A stretch of DNA of 64,000 bases. It comes from Paracoccaceae bacterium (GTDB lineage: Bacteria; Pseudomonadota; Alphaproteobacteria; Rhodobacterales; Rhodobacteraceae). Location: the NCBI GenBank assembly GCA_020629115.1, contig JAHDDY010000008.1:3916-67915 (forward strand). The letters run 5' to 3'. Each line of letters opens with the position of its first letter. Within the stretch, counting starts at the first letter, position 1. Below the pieces are notes generated by a model. It did no database searches. It was not told where the DNA came from and was given only the letters and a program-made list of their open reading frames with translations. A program made the position numbers and the translations under genes. Positions 35,291-44,841 of this stretch are shown piece by piece.

Positions 35291-36078
35291 TCGACCTGGT
35301 GCTGGCGGCACCGGGGGCGGCGATCGGGCTGTACGGCGCGCTGCCCATGGCCGTCGCGACCGCCGGGTTCTTCCTCGGCGGCTTCGTCAAGGGCACCATC
35401 GGCTTCGCCCTGCCGACCATCGCGGTGGCCGTCGGCGCGACCGTGCTGCCCCCCGAGGTCGCCGTCGCCTACCTCGCCTTTCCGAGCGTCGTGATGAACG
35501 TGTGGCAGGCGGCGCGGGAGGGCATCGGCGACGCGTGGGAGACGTTCCTGGAGTTCCGCCTGCTGATCGGCGTGCTGCTGGTCACGCTCTTCGCGGCGAC
35601 GCAGCTCCTGCCCCATCTCGACACGGTCGGCTTCTCGCTCATCATGGGCGTCGGCCTGACCGCCTTCTCGGTCGCGCAGCTGCTGGGGTGGCGGCCCACC
35701 GCGCCGCCGCGCCCGGCGGCGGATATCGTCGCGGGCGGGGCCGGCGGGTTCTTCGGCGGCATCTCGGGGGCCTGGGGCGTGCCGGTGCTGATGCTGCTCA
35801 TGGCGCTCGACATCCCGAAGAGGCGCTTCATCCGCACCTGCGCCGTGACCTTCCTCCTCGGCTCCTTCCCGTTCATCGCCGGGCACGTCGCGACCGGCGT
35901 GCTCAACGCACAGACGGCCGCCGTCTCGCTGCTGATGCTGGTGCCCGTCGGCATCGGGATGCGGCTGGGCCAGACCGTGCAGGACCGGCTCGACGGCGAG
36001 CGGCTGCGGCGGCTTATCCTTCTGGTCCTCGTGCTGGCGGGGGCGAATTTCCTCCGGCAGGCCGCGTTTGCCGGGTAG
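35287..36078 (+). CDS. TauE/SafE-family anion exporter membrane protein
   Basis: 263 aa polytopic protein. FLGGFVKGTIGFALPTIAV and FFGGISGAWGVPVLMLL repeat halves. ATGA overlap with rsmB. Confidence 0.75.
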   Translation: MIDLVLAAPGAAIGLYGALPMAVATAGFFLGGFVKGTIGFALPTIAVAVGATVLPPEVAVAYLAFPSVVMNVWQAAREGIGDAWETFLEFRLLIGVLLVTLFAATQLLPHLDTVGFSLIMGVGLTAFSVAQLLGWRPTAPPRPAADIVAGGAGGFFGGISGAWGVPVLMLLMALDIPKRRFIRTCAVTFLLGSFPFIAGHVATGVLNAQTAAVSLLMLVPVGIGMRLGQTVQDRLDGERLRRLILLVLVLAGANFLRQAAFAG

Positions 36079-36112
36079 CGGCCCCCGGGCCGCTGGTGTA
36101 GCCTCGCCCGCG

Positions 36113-36742
36113 ATGGACCGGATCGACGATATCGCGAGAGGACGGCGCACGCTCAAGCTGCTGCCCGACCCCGCCGACCCCCTGCCGGGGCCGGGCCTGC
36201 CGCGCGCCCGGGTCGAGGCGCTGGTGGAGAGCGCGGGCTGGGCACCGTTCCACCGTGCCTGCGCCGCCGCGCGGAACGGCGGGGATGCGGCGGTCGAGCC
36301 GTGGCGCGTGCACCTGCTCGACAAGCCTGCCTGCACCGCGCTGATCCCCCGGCTCGACACCCTGCCGAAGCCCCCCGGCAAGATCGTCAACATGCTCGCC
36401 GCCGCCGACGCGCTGGTCCTCGTCACCTGGCTGCCCGAGGAGGAGGAGGACTGGGCCGCCTCCGAATTGAACATGGAGCATATTGCCGCCACCGGCGCGA
36501 TGATCCAGACGCTGCTGCTGGCCGCGACGGAGGCGGGCATCGGCTCCTATTGGTCCAGCGGCGGCGTGCTGGCGGGGGAGGCGTTCGGGATGCTCGGCAT
36601 CGACGCGCGCGAGCGCCTGCTCGGCGCGGTCTTCCTGTGGCCCGACGACGCCGGCGGCGTCGAGAGCGCCCCCGGCAAGCTGCGCGGCCAGAGGCGCGGC
36701 CCGGACCGATGGGCGCGCTGGGTGGAGATTCGCTCCCCGTGA
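36113..36742 (+). CDS. Nitroreductase-fold protein
   Basis: 209 aa from ATG 36113. RRTLKLL...AGWAPFH and IGSYWSSG segments are typical of the nitroreductase superfamily. Confidence 0.6.
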   Translation: MDRIDDIARGRRTLKLLPDPADPLPGPGLPRARVEALVESAGWAPFHRACAAARNGGDAAVEPWRVHLLDKPACTALIPRLDTLPKPPGKIVNMLAAADALVLVTWLPEEEEDWAASELNMEHIAATGAMIQTLLLAATEAGIGSYWSSGGVLAGEAFGMLGIDARERLLGAVFLWPDDAGGVESAPGKLRGQRRGPDRWARWVEIRSP

Positions 36743-37257
36743 TCCGCATCGCCCCCGAGACGGCGGCGGATGGATGGGAGATCGAATACCTGCTCGACAC
36801 CGCCTTCGCGCCGGGGCGCACGGCCCTTTCCTCCTATCGCCTGCGCGAGGGCGTGGAGCCGGTTGGCCCGCTGTGCCTGACCGCGCGGGACGACGACGCG
36901 ATGGCCGCGCTCGCCGGATGCATCCGCTTCTGGCCCGTGCGCGTGGGGGATGCGGGCGAGGCGCTGCTGCTCGGCCCCGTGGCCACCCACCCGACGCGCC
37001 AGGGCGAGGGCATCGGCGCGAGGCTCATCCTGGAAAGCCTGGAGCGGGCCGAGGCGCTGGGCTGGGCGGCGTGCATCCTCGTCGGGGACGAGCCGTACTA
37101 CCGCCGCTTCGGCTTCGCCCGGTCCGGGACGCTGCGCTTTCCGCCTCCCACCAACCCCAACCGCGTCCTCGCCCGCGCATTGGTGCCCGGAGGGCTGGAC
37201 GGCCTTTCGGGCGACGTCACCCGCTTCGACTCCGCTCCGAGTCCTCAGGCGAGATAG
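36739..37257 (+). CDS. GNAT-family N-acetyltransferase
   Basis: 172 aa from GTG 36739 (GTGA overlap). [24 protein letters not shown] acetyl-CoA binding motif and YYRRFGF. Confidence 0.75.
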   Translation: MIRIAPETAADGWEIEYLLDTAFAPGRTALSSYRLREGVEPVGPLCLTARDDDAMAALAGCIRFWPVRVGDAGEALLLGPVATHPTRQGEGIGARLILESLERAEALGWAACILVGDEPYYRRFGFARSGTLRFPPPTNPNRVLARALVPGGLDGLSGDVTRFDSAPSPQAR

Positions 37258-39146
37258 CCGTTCTCGCGCAGGAAGGCGAGAAGGTGCTCGGCGGCCTGCT
37301 CGGGGGTCTGGTCGGTCGTGGCGAGGCGGATCTCGGGGGCTTCGGGCGGCTCGTACGGGCTGTCGATGCCGGTGAAGTTCCTGATCTCGCCGCGCCGGGC
37401 CTTGGCGTACAGCCCCTTCACGTCCCGCGCCTCGGCGACCTCCAGAGGCGTGTCGACATGGACCTCGACGAACTCGCCCTCCGCCATCATCTGCCGCGCC
37501 ATGCGCCGCTCGGAGCGGAAGGGGGAGATGAAGCTGACCAGCACGATCAGCCCCGCCTCGACCATCAGCTTGCCGACCTCCGACACGCGGCGGATGTTCT
37601 CCACCCGGTCGGCATCGGTGAAGCCGAGATCCTTGTTCAGCCCGTGGCGCACGTTGTCCCCGTCGAGCAGCGCGGTATGGCGGCCCATCGCGTGCAACTC
37701 GCGCTCCAGCGCGTTGGCGATGGTGGACTTGCCGGAGCCGCTGAGGCCCGTGAACCACAGCATCGCGGGCCGCTGCCCCTTCAGCTCGGCCCGCGCGTCC
37801 TTGTCGACGGCCAGCGCCTGACGGTGGATGTTGGACGCCCGGCGCAGGGCGAAGTCGATCATCCCCACGCCGACCGTCTCGTTCGACAGCCGGTCGATCA
37901 GGATGAACCCGCCCATGTCGCGGTTCTCGGCATAGGGGTCGAAGGCGATGGTGCGGTCGAGGTTCAGGTTGCACACGCCGATCTCGTTGAGCGCCAGCGT
38001 CTTCGCCGCGAGATGCTCCATCGTGTTCACGTCGATGGCGTATTTCGGCGCGGCCACGGTCGCCTGCGCCGTCGCCGCGCCGGTCTTCATCAGGTAGGTG
38101 CGCCCGGGCAGCATCTCCTGCTCGTTCATCCAGAGGATATGTGCCTGGAACTGGTCGGCGGCGGGGGCGGGGGCATCCAACGCGCAGAGCACATCCCCGC
38201 GCGAGATGTCGATCTCGTCCTCCAGCGTCAGCGTGACGGACTGCCCCGCCACCGCCTCGGGCAGGTCGCCGTCCATCGCGACGATGGCGCGGACGGTGCT
38301 TTCCTTGGCCGAGGGCAGGGCCTTGACCCGGTCGCCGGGGCGCACGCTGCCCCCCGCGATCGTTCCCGCGAAGCCGCGGAAGTCGAGATCGGGGCGGTTG
38401 ACCCATTGCACCGGCAGGCGGAACGGCCCGTCCTGCGCCCCGTCCGCCACCTCCACCGTCTCCAGATAGGCCATGAGGGTCGGGCCGGCGTACCAGGGCG
38501 TCCGCGCCGACTTCTCGATGATGTTGTCCCCGCGCAGGGCCGACATGGGGATCGGCGTGACGGAAGCGAAATCGAGCGGCTTCGCGAACTCGGCATAGGC
38601 CTCGACGATCCCGTCGTGGACGGCGCGGTCGTAGCCGACCAGATCGAGCTTGTTGATGGCCAGCACCACGTGGCGGATGCCCAGCAGCGAGACGATGAAG
38701 CTGTGCCGCCGGGTCTGCGTCAGGATGCCCTTGCGCGCGTCGATCATCAGGATGGCGACATCCGCCGTCGAGGCCCCGGTGGCCATATTGCGCGTGTACT
38801 GTTCGTGGCCGGGTGTGTCGGCGACGATGAACTTGCGCCGGTCGGTCGAGAAGAAGCGGTAGGCCACGTCGATGGTGATGCCCTGCTCGCGCTCGGCGGC
38901 GAGGCCGTCGACGAGGAGGGCGAAGTCGATCTCCTGCCCCTGCGTCCCCACGCGCCTGCTATCCGCCTCCAGCGCGGCGAGCTGATCCTCGAAGATCATC
39001 TTCGATTCGTACAGCAGCCGCCCGATGAGCGTGGATTTCCCGTCGTCGACGGAGCCGCAGGTGATGAACCGCAGCAGCGACTTGGTCTCGTGCGCCTTGA
39101 GGTAGCCGAGGATGTCCTCGGCGATCATGTCGGAGCGGTGGGCCAT
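37245..39146 (-). CDS. cysN: Bifunctional sulfate adenylyltransferase subunit 1 / adenylylsulfate kinase (CysN-CysC fusion)
   Basis: GTPase G1 motif [16 protein letters not shown]-terminal APS kinase P-loop [11 protein letters not shown]. Start taken at MAHRSDM (39146), within track ORF 37245..39200. Confidence 0.9.
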   Translation of the reverse strand: MAHRSDMIAEDILGYLKAHETKSLLRFITCGSVDDGKSTLIGRLLYESKMIFEDQLAALEADSRRVGTQGQEIDFALLVDGLAAEREQGITIDVAYRFFSTDRRKFIVADTPGHEQYTRNMATGASTADVAILMIDARKGILTQTRRHSFIVSLLGIRHVVLAINKLDLVGYDRAVHDGIVEAYAEFAKPLDFASVTPIPMSALRGDNIIEKSARTPWYAGPTLMAYLETVEVADGAQDGPFRLPVQWVNRPDLDFRGFAGTIAGGSVRPGDRVKALPSAKESTVRAIVAMDGDLPEAVAGQSVTLTLEDEIDISRGDVLCALDAPAPAADQFQAHILWMNEQEMLPGRTYLMKTGAATAQATVAAPKYAIDVNTMEHLAAKTLALNEIGVCNLNLDRTIAFDPYAENRDMGGFILIDRLSNETVGVGMIDFALRRASNIHRQALAVDKDARAELKGQRPAMLWFTGLSGSGKSTIANALERELHAMGRHTALLDGDNVRHGLNKDLGFTDADRVENIRRVSEVGKLMVEAGLIVLVSFISPFRSERRMARQMMAEGEFVEVHVDTPLEVAEARDVKGLYAKARRGEIRNFTGIDSPYEPPEAPEIRLATTDQTPEQAAEHLLAFLRENGYLA

Positions 39147-39188
39147 CAGGATGCCTCTTTCGAGAAACGATACGCGGTATCCCCGCTT

Positions 39189-39233
39189 CCCCGGATGCAC
39201 CGCAGCACGCAGTGATGCGGTGCTGGTCCGGGG
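39189..39233. repeat. 45-nt hairpin repeat, left flank of the GIY-YIG gene
   Basis: CCCCGGATGCACCGCAGCACGCAGTGATGCGGTGCTGGTCCGGGG. It is self-complementary (CCCCGGA/TCCGGGG and GCACCGCA/TGCGGTGC). 39/45 identical to the reverse complement of 39584-39628. Confidence 0.8.
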
Positions 39234-39249
39234 TTCCGGCCTTCGACGA

Positions 39250-39540
39250 TCAGAGCGGAATCTCGTTCGTCAGGTCGCACCAGCCGGGATTGCGGGATGC
39301 GACCGGATTCTCCTTCCACGCCCGCCGCCATCTCTTGATCGCCTTCTCCCGGGTCAGCGCATCGCGCAGGGTCCCGTGCGTCTCGAAATAGACGAGTCGA
39401 TAGGTGGCGTGCTCGGCGGTCCATGCCTCGACCGCGCCCGCCCGGTGCTGCGCAATTCGTCTGCGCAGGTCGTTCGTCTGGCCGGTATAGAGATACCGGC
39501 CATCCTCCGAAGACAGGATGTAGACGAACCACGCCGCCAT
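39250..39540 (-). CDS. Small GIY-YIG nuclease-domain protein (YhbQ/URI-like)
   Basis: 96 aa from [33 protein letters not shown] (GIY...YTG motifs), within track ORF 39250..39597. Lies between cysD and cysNC in the same orientation. Confidence 0.85.
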   Translation of the reverse strand: MAAWFVYILSSEDGRYLYTGQTNDLRRRIAQHRAGAVEAWTAEHATYRLVYFETHGTLRDALTREKAIKRWRRAWKENPVASRNPGWCDLTNEIPL

Positions 39541-39583
39541 GAGCGCTCCCTGCAGGTTCCGACGCCTTGCCGCGAACGGCGGA

Positions 39584-39628
39584 CCCCGGACCAGCACAGC
39601 ACCATTGCATGGTGCGGCGCATCCGGGG
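39584..39628. repeat. 45-nt hairpin repeat, right flank of the GIY-YIG gene (inverted copy of 39189-39233)
   Basis: CCCCGGACCAGCACAGCACCATTGCATGGTGCGGCGCATCCGGGG. The reverse complement matches the left copy at 39 of 45 positions. Confidence 0.8.
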
Positions 39629-39663
39629 AAACGGGTCGGGGAGCGCCATTCTTTCCGCTGGCA

Positions 39664-40569
39664 TCAGAAATACCCCTCCTGCTTCTTCTTCTCCATCGAG
39701 GCCGCCGAATCGTGGTCGATCATGCGGCCCTGGCGTTCGGAGGTGGTGGTGAGGAGCATCTCCTGGATGATCTCGGGCAGGGTCGTCGCCTCGCTCTCGA
39801 CCGCGCCCGTGAGGGGCCAGCAGCCCAGCGTGCGGAAGCGGACCGTCCTCTCCTGCACCTCCTCGCCCTCGTGCAGCGCGATGCGGTCGAAGTCGTCGAT
39901 CATGATCAGCGTGCCGTCGCGCTCGATCACCGGGCGCGGCGCGGCGTAGTAGAGCGGGACGATAGGGATGGCTTCGAGGTGGATGTACTGCCAGATGTCC
40001 AGCTCGGTCCAGTTCGACAGCGGGAAGACGCGGATGCTCTCGCCCGGCGCCTTGCGCGCGTTGTAGAGCTTCCACAACTCGGGGCGCTGGTTCTTCGGGT
40101 CCCAGCGATGCGCCGCCGTGCGGAAGGAGAAGATGCGCTCCTTGGCGCGCGATTTCTCCTCGTCGCGCCGCGCCCCGCCGAAGGCCGCGTCGAACTTGTA
40201 CTTGTCCAGCGCCTGCTTGAGCGCGACCGTCTTCATGATGTCGGTATGCACGCTGGACCCGTGGGTGAAGGGACCGATGCCCTGCTTCACGCCCTCCTCG
40301 TTGGTATGCACGATCAGCTCCATGCCCGACTCGGCGGCCATGCGGGCGCGGAAGTCGTACATCGCCTTGAACTTCCACGTCGTGTCCACGTGCACGAGAG
40401 GGAAGGGCGGCGGGGCGGGATGGAAGGCCTTCCGCGCGACGTGCAGCAGCACGGCCGAATCCTTGCCGATGGAGTACAGCATGGCCGGGTTCTCGGCCTC
40501 GGCCACCACCTCGCGGAAGATGTGGATGGCCTCGGCCTCCAGCCGTTGCAGATGGGTCAGGTCGATCAT
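39664..40569 (-). CDS. cysD: Sulfate adenylyltransferase subunit 2
   Basis: 301 aa from [21 protein letters not shown] (start 40569), within track ORF 39664..40722. PAPS-reductase-fold motif [10 protein letters not shown]. Confidence 0.95.
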   Translation of the reverse strand: MIDLTHLQRLEAEAIHIFREVVAEAENPAMLYSIGKDSAVLLHVARKAFHPAPPPFPLVHVDTTWKFKAMYDFRARMAAESGMELIVHTNEEGVKQGIGPFTHGSSVHTDIMKTVALKQALDKYKFDAAFGGARRDEEKSRAKERIFSFRTAAHRWDPKNQRPELWKLYNARKAPGESIRVFPLSNWTELDIWQYIHLEAIPIVPLYYAAPRPVIERDGTLIMIDDFDRIALHEGEEVQERTVRFRTLGCWPLTGAVESEATTLPEIIQEMLLTTTSERQGRMIDHDSAASMEKKKQEGYF

Positions 40570-41351
40570 GCGGGGTCCTTGAGCGTCACGCCCTCGGCAT
40601 AGGCGATGAAGTGCGGGTTCTCGAAACCGGACTTGCCGTAGGCGAGCGGCGTGCCTCCGGGCCAGGCATCGACATGCCCTCCGGCGGCGCGCAGCACGGC
40701 GTGGCCGGCTGCGGTATCCCATTCCATGGTCCGCCCTAACCGCGGGTAAAGATCGGCCTCCCCCGCCGCCAGGAGGCAGAACTTGAGCGAACTGCCCGCC
40801 CCCTTGAAATCCCCGACGGCATAGCGCGCGATATACGCGTCCGTCGCCGCGTCGCGGTGGGATTTCGAGGCGACGACGTTCAGCGCGGCATCGTCCGGGG
40901 CGGCGCAGCGGATCGCCCGGGCCGGGCCGTCGCCGTCCCGCATCCGGGCGCGGCCATCGTCATCGGTCCAGAACAACCGGTCGAGCGCCGGCGCGAAGAC
41001 GACGCCGCGCAGGGGCACGCCATTCTCGATCAGGGCGATGTTGACGGTGAAGTCCCCGCCGCGCTTCACGAACTCCTTCGTCCCGTCGAGGGGATCGACC
41101 AGGAAGAACCGCGATCCGGCGGCGGCGGCATCGTGGCTCTCGGCCCGCTCCTCCGTCACCACCGGAATATGGGGAAAGGCCCGCTCCAGGACTGCCCCGA
41201 TCACCCGGTCGGCGGCGAGGTCCGCCTCTGTCACCGGCGAGCGATCCGCCTTGGCCCGGGCGACGAAGTCCGTGGCGTAGATATCCATGATCGCGGCACC
41301 CGCCCGGCGCGCGCTGTCGAGAAGGACGTCGGCGAGGCCGGTCGGCAGCAT
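40566..41351 (-). CDS. cysQ: 3'(2'),5'-bisphosphate nucleotidase CysQ (inositol monophosphatase family)
   Basis: 261 aa from MLPTGLADV (start 41351). [12 protein letters not shown] and [10 protein letters not shown] motifs. ATGA overlap with cysD. Confidence 0.85.
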   Translation of the reverse strand: MLPTGLADVLLDSARRAGAAIMDIYATDFVARAKADRSPVTEADLAADRVIGAVLERAFPHIPVVTEERAESHDAAAAGSRFFLVDPLDGTKEFVKRGGDFTVNIALIENGVPLRGVVFAPALDRLFWTDDDGRARMRDGDGPARAIRCAAPDDAALNVVASKSHRDAATDAYIARYAVGDFKGAGSSLKFCLLAAGEADLYPRLGRTMEWDTAAGHAVLRAAGGHVDAWPGGTPLAYGKSGFENPHFIAYAEGVTLKDPA

Positions 41352-41447
41352 GGGGACACTCCATGACGAAAAGCATACGGGATACGGCGCTCCGCATAGC
41401 CCCCACCGTCGACGGGTTGTCAAGCCCCCAGGGACGGGACGGGCCGT

Positions 41448-41894
41448 TCAGGCCCGCGCGGTGGACGGCCCGCCGGGGTGCTCGCACAGCCGCCAGAAGC
41501 GGTGCAGGAACCCGAGCACCTCCTGAAGGCCCGCCGCGCCGTGCGGCTTCACGATGTAGCCGTTGGCGTTGTGGCTGTAGGCGCGGTCGATGTCGTTCCG
41601 GCTGCTGGAGGTGGTGAAGACGAAGACGGGCGTATCCTTCAGCCCCTCGTTCGCGCGTAGGCGGGCGAGGAACTCGTGCCCGTTCATGCGCGGCATGTTG
41701 ATGTCGAGAAGGACGAGGAAGGGCCGCGCGAGGTCGTTCCTGTTCTCGTCCGCCGCCAGCAGATGGAGCGCCTCCTCGCCGTCGCGGGCGCGGGTCAGCT
41801 TCGCGGGCGTCTTCGCCTTGCGCAGGCCGCGCTCCAGCAATTCCACGTCGAGGTCGTTGTCCTCCACGACCAGGAGCTTCATGTCCTCGTTCAT
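41448..41894 (-). CDS. Single-domain response regulator (CheY-like receiver)
   Basis: 148 aa. LVVEDNDLD acidic pocket, phospho-acceptor LVLLDINMPRMNG, and KP motif in GYIVKP. Confidence 0.85.
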   Translation of the reverse strand: MNEDMKLLVVEDNDLDVELLERGLRKAKTPAKLTRARDGEEALHLLAADENRNDLARPFLVLLDINMPRMNGHEFLARLRANEGLKDTPVFVFTTSSSRNDIDRAYSHNANGYIVKPHGAAGLQEVLGFLHRFWRLCEHPGGPSTARA

Positions 41895-41895
41895 C

Positions 41896-43740
41896 TCACG
41901 CTGCCTTGTCTGTGAGGGTGAAGATGTCCCCGGCGGTGCCGAGGGGCCAGTCGAAGCGGAAGGTCGCCCCGCCCGTGCCGGGGGTCTCCTCCAGGATCAC
42001 GCGTCCGCCGTGGCGCTCGACCGCCTTCTTGACGATGGCCAGGCCGATGCCGGTGCTCTCGGAATTCGACGCGGTGCCGAGGGTCTGGAACATCTCGAAC
42101 ACCCGCTCGCGGTATTCGGGCGCGATGCCGGGGCCGTTATCGGCCACCGACAGCGTCATGCGGTCCCCGTCGACCGCCGCCGAGACGCGGATGCGCAGGG
42201 ATTCGGGGTCGGGGTGGTACTTGATGGCGTTGCCCACGAGGTTCTCGATCACCCGGCGCAGGCTGAAGGTATCGGTGCCGATTTCCGGCACGTCGCCCTC
42301 GAACCGCAACTGTTCCCCGTCGAGGCCGAAATCGGACCGCAGCCCCGCGACGATATCGGCCGTATGCACCATGGTGCTCTCGTCGGTGAAGCGCCCGATG
42401 CGCGAGAACTCCATGATCCCGCCCGTCAGCGCGTTCATGCGGCGTACCCGCTCGCGGATGCGCTCCAGATTGGTGGCGACGTCGGGATTGGCGTCCGGCG
42501 TGACGAGATAGTCCTCCAGATCGTCCTCCAGCATCTCCGTCAGGCCGCCGATGCCGCGCAGCGGGGTCTTGAGATCGTGCGAGGCGACGTAGGCGAACTG
42601 CTCCAGCTCCTTGTTCTTGTCCGACAGCGCCGCGTTCGCCGCCGCCAGCTTGTCCGATTCGACCTGCAGGTCCGCCGTCACGCCCCTGGCATAGGCCACC
42701 GCGCGCCCGTTCGCCCGGGTCAGGAGGAGGAGGAAGGCGATGATGAGGCCTTCGATGACCAGGCCGCCGACCAGGATCAGCGTGGGCTGCGCATAGGTGT
42801 TGGCGGCGCGGAAGGGCAGGGTGCTGCGCACGTCGATCGTCCAGGTCCGCCCGTAGAGGTCGAGCGACACCGTGTCCGAGAACAGCGGGTCCGGGTCGTT
42901 GCGCGGGTCGCCGTCCGAATGCTCGTCGTAGAGGGTCCGGTCGCCGTCCGCGATGCTGAAATGCACCTCGCGGCGGTCCTTCGACAGGAGGCCCACCATC
43001 AGCTTGCGGACCACGAAGGCGGTGTTCGCGTAGCCGAGGATCGCCGCGCGGCGCTCGGCCAGCGTCTCGGGCATGTCGCTCTCACCGGCATAGATGGGGG
43101 TGTAGAAGATGACCCCCGGCGTCTCGCCGCTCTCGTTCACGAGCGCGACCGGCCCGGACAGGTGCGACGTGCCCGAATCGCGGCTGGCCAGCGCACCCTC
43201 CCGCCGCGTCTCCTCGTGGGCGAGATCGAGGCCCAGGACGTCCCGGTTCCTTTCCTCCGGCTCGACATGGGCGATGACGAGGTGGAAGGGCTGCTCGTGC
43301 GGGGGGCGGACGACGAATCCCGGGTGGTCGGCCTGCCGCTGCGCCGTATAGGCCGGCAGGTCCGCCCGCGCGATGTGATGGACCACGGCGAAGCCGTTCG
43401 TCCCGGGATAGCGCCCGAGATTGTCCATCATCTCCGCGAAGTCCTTCCACTGCGCGCGGGAGACCCGCCCGCCGTGCGAGCGCACCATGGCCGCCCCCGC
43501 CCGCAAGGCATGCTCGTATTTCTCGACCCGTTCCGCGAGCAGGCCGACGGCGCGGTCGCGCTCGGCGGCGAACCGGGCCGCCGTGCGCGTCTCGGTCTGG
43601 TGCTTCGAGAACTGCCACGCGCCGATCGTCATCACGAGCGAGAGGACGATGACGACGACATGGAACAGGTTCAGCCCGATGCTCCCCGGGGGGTGGGCGC
43701 TCGCTCCGGTCGTGTCGTACGCTGCATGCTGACTACTCAT
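41896..43740 (-). CDS. CHASE-domain sensor histidine kinase
   Basis: About 614 aa from MSSQHAAYD (start 43740; the sequence upstream is AT-rich). TM helix, periplasmic CHASE-like region, second TM helix, H-box ASHDLKTPL, and HATPase motifs NLVGNAIKY, DNGPGI, GTGIGLA. Confidence 0.85.
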   Translation of the reverse strand: MSSQHAAYDTTGASAHPPGSIGLNLFHVVVIVLSLVMTIGAWQFSKHQTETRTAARFAAERDRAVGLLAERVEKYEHALRAGAAMVRSHGGRVSRAQWKDFAEMMDNLGRYPGTNGFAVVHHIARADLPAYTAQRQADHPGFVVRPPHEQPFHLVIAHVEPEERNRDVLGLDLAHEETRREGALASRDSGTSHLSGPVALVNESGETPGVIFYTPIYAGESDMPETLAERRAAILGYANTAFVVRKLMVGLLSKDRREVHFSIADGDRTLYDEHSDGDPRNDPDPLFSDTVSLDLYGRTWTIDVRSTLPFRAANTYAQPTLILVGGLVIEGLIIAFLLLLTRANGRAVAYARGVTADLQVESDKLAAANAALSDKNKELEQFAYVASHDLKTPLRGIGGLTEMLEDDLEDYLVTPDANPDVATNLERIRERVRRMNALTGGIMEFSRIGRFTDESTMVHTADIVAGLRSDFGLDGEQLRFEGDVPEIGTDTFSLRRVIENLVGNAIKYHPDPESLRIRVSAAVDGDRMTLSVADNGPGIAPEYRERVFEMFQTLGTASNSESTGIGLAIVKKAVERHGGRVILEETPGTGGATFRFDWPLGTAGDIFTLTDKAA

Positions 43741-43838
43741 ACGCGAGAACGTAGGGTTAGTATAATTAACGGGAGATTTACGACGCACGCGGTTTATAAG
43801 ATGAGACGTATTTCAAACGATTGATCGCGTGACTTTTC

Positions 43839-44546
43839 TCACGAGGGAGGATGACCGCCTTCGGCGAGGTCTTCCAGCCCGTCCGTGTCCAGCAGGACGT
43901 AATGCCCGGCATCCCGCATCAGAATGCCCTCCCGCTTCCAGGCGTTGAGCACGCGGGAGACGTTCTCGCGCGATGCGCCGATCATGGAGGCCAGCTCGGC
44001 CTGCGTCAGCCTGTGGTCGATTCGCACGCTCCCGTCGGCGCGTTCGGTCCCGAAGCCCCGGCCCAGGCGCAGCATCACGCGGGCGAGCTGTCCGGCCAGG
44101 GGCAGGAAGTCCCGCGCGCTCAGCGCATCGTTCGTCTCGCGCAGGCGCAGGGCCATCATCCGGAGCAGATGCTGGTAGAGCGTGCCGTTCTCGTCGGCGA
44201 AATCGAAGAAGGCGCGCCGCGACCAGTGCAGCAGCGACGAATCCCGCAGGGCGACGATGCTGGCCGAGCGCGGCTCGTCGTCGAACATCGCCATCTCGCC
44301 GATGCTGTCCCCGGCGGTGAAGAGCGCGAGGAGCTGCTCGTCCCCGTCCGCCGATATCCGCGTCGCCTTCAGGCCGCCGTTGCGAACGATGTAGCAGCCA
44401 CTCGATTCGTCGCCCTCCATGAAGAGCGTGCGCCCCTCGGACAGCGCGATGGCCGTACCCCTCGCGAACAGGGCGGCGCGTAGCGCGGGGTCGAGGCCCA
44501 AGAGGAGCGAGCCTTCCCGAAAGGGTTCGACGGTCGTATCGGTCAT
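43839..44546 (-). CDS. Crp/Fnr-family transcriptional regulator
   Basis: 235 aa. cNMP-binding domain (GDSIGEMAMFD) and C-terminal HTH (ASMIGASRENVSRVLNAWKREG). Confidence 0.85.
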   Translation of the reverse strand: MTDTTVEPFREGSLLLGLDPALRAALFARGTAIALSEGRTLFMEGDESSGCYIVRNGGLKATRISADGDEQLLALFTAGDSIGEMAMFDDEPRSASIVALRDSSLLHWSRRAFFDFADENGTLYQHLLRMMALRLRETNDALSARDFLPLAGQLARVMLRLGRGFGTERADGSVRIDHRLTQAELASMIGASRENVSRVLNAWKREGILMRDAGHYVLLDTDGLEDLAEGGHPPS

Positions 44547-44580
44547 GCACCGCCTCGATTCGGAAAATTAACTCCGATGC

Positions 44581-44596
44581 TGTGACATGGAACACA
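44581..44596. promoter_or_regulatory. Candidate Crp-type operator upstream of the Crp/Fnr-family gene
   Basis: TGTGAcatggaACACA matches TGTGA-N6-TCACA at 9 of 10 half-site positions, about 35 nt upstream of the start at 44546. Confidence 0.25.
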
Positions 44597-44841
44597 TTCG
44601 GACGATTTATTCCATGCCAAACCTGTGACGTCGGCAGGATCGGCCCCTGTCGCGGCACTGCGCTGCATTCGGTGGTCGACGTGTCGAAAGGCCTGGTATT
44701 CGGGTTGCGTTGCGTAGTTGCGAGTTGCGTTGGCCGATATGACGTGTACGTGTCGTATCGGTCCTGTAAGGGCCGTATCGGCGTGAAGTGACGATACGGC
44801 CCGTTTACCCAGATATCCCTGTCATCCCCCCGAAAACCTGT

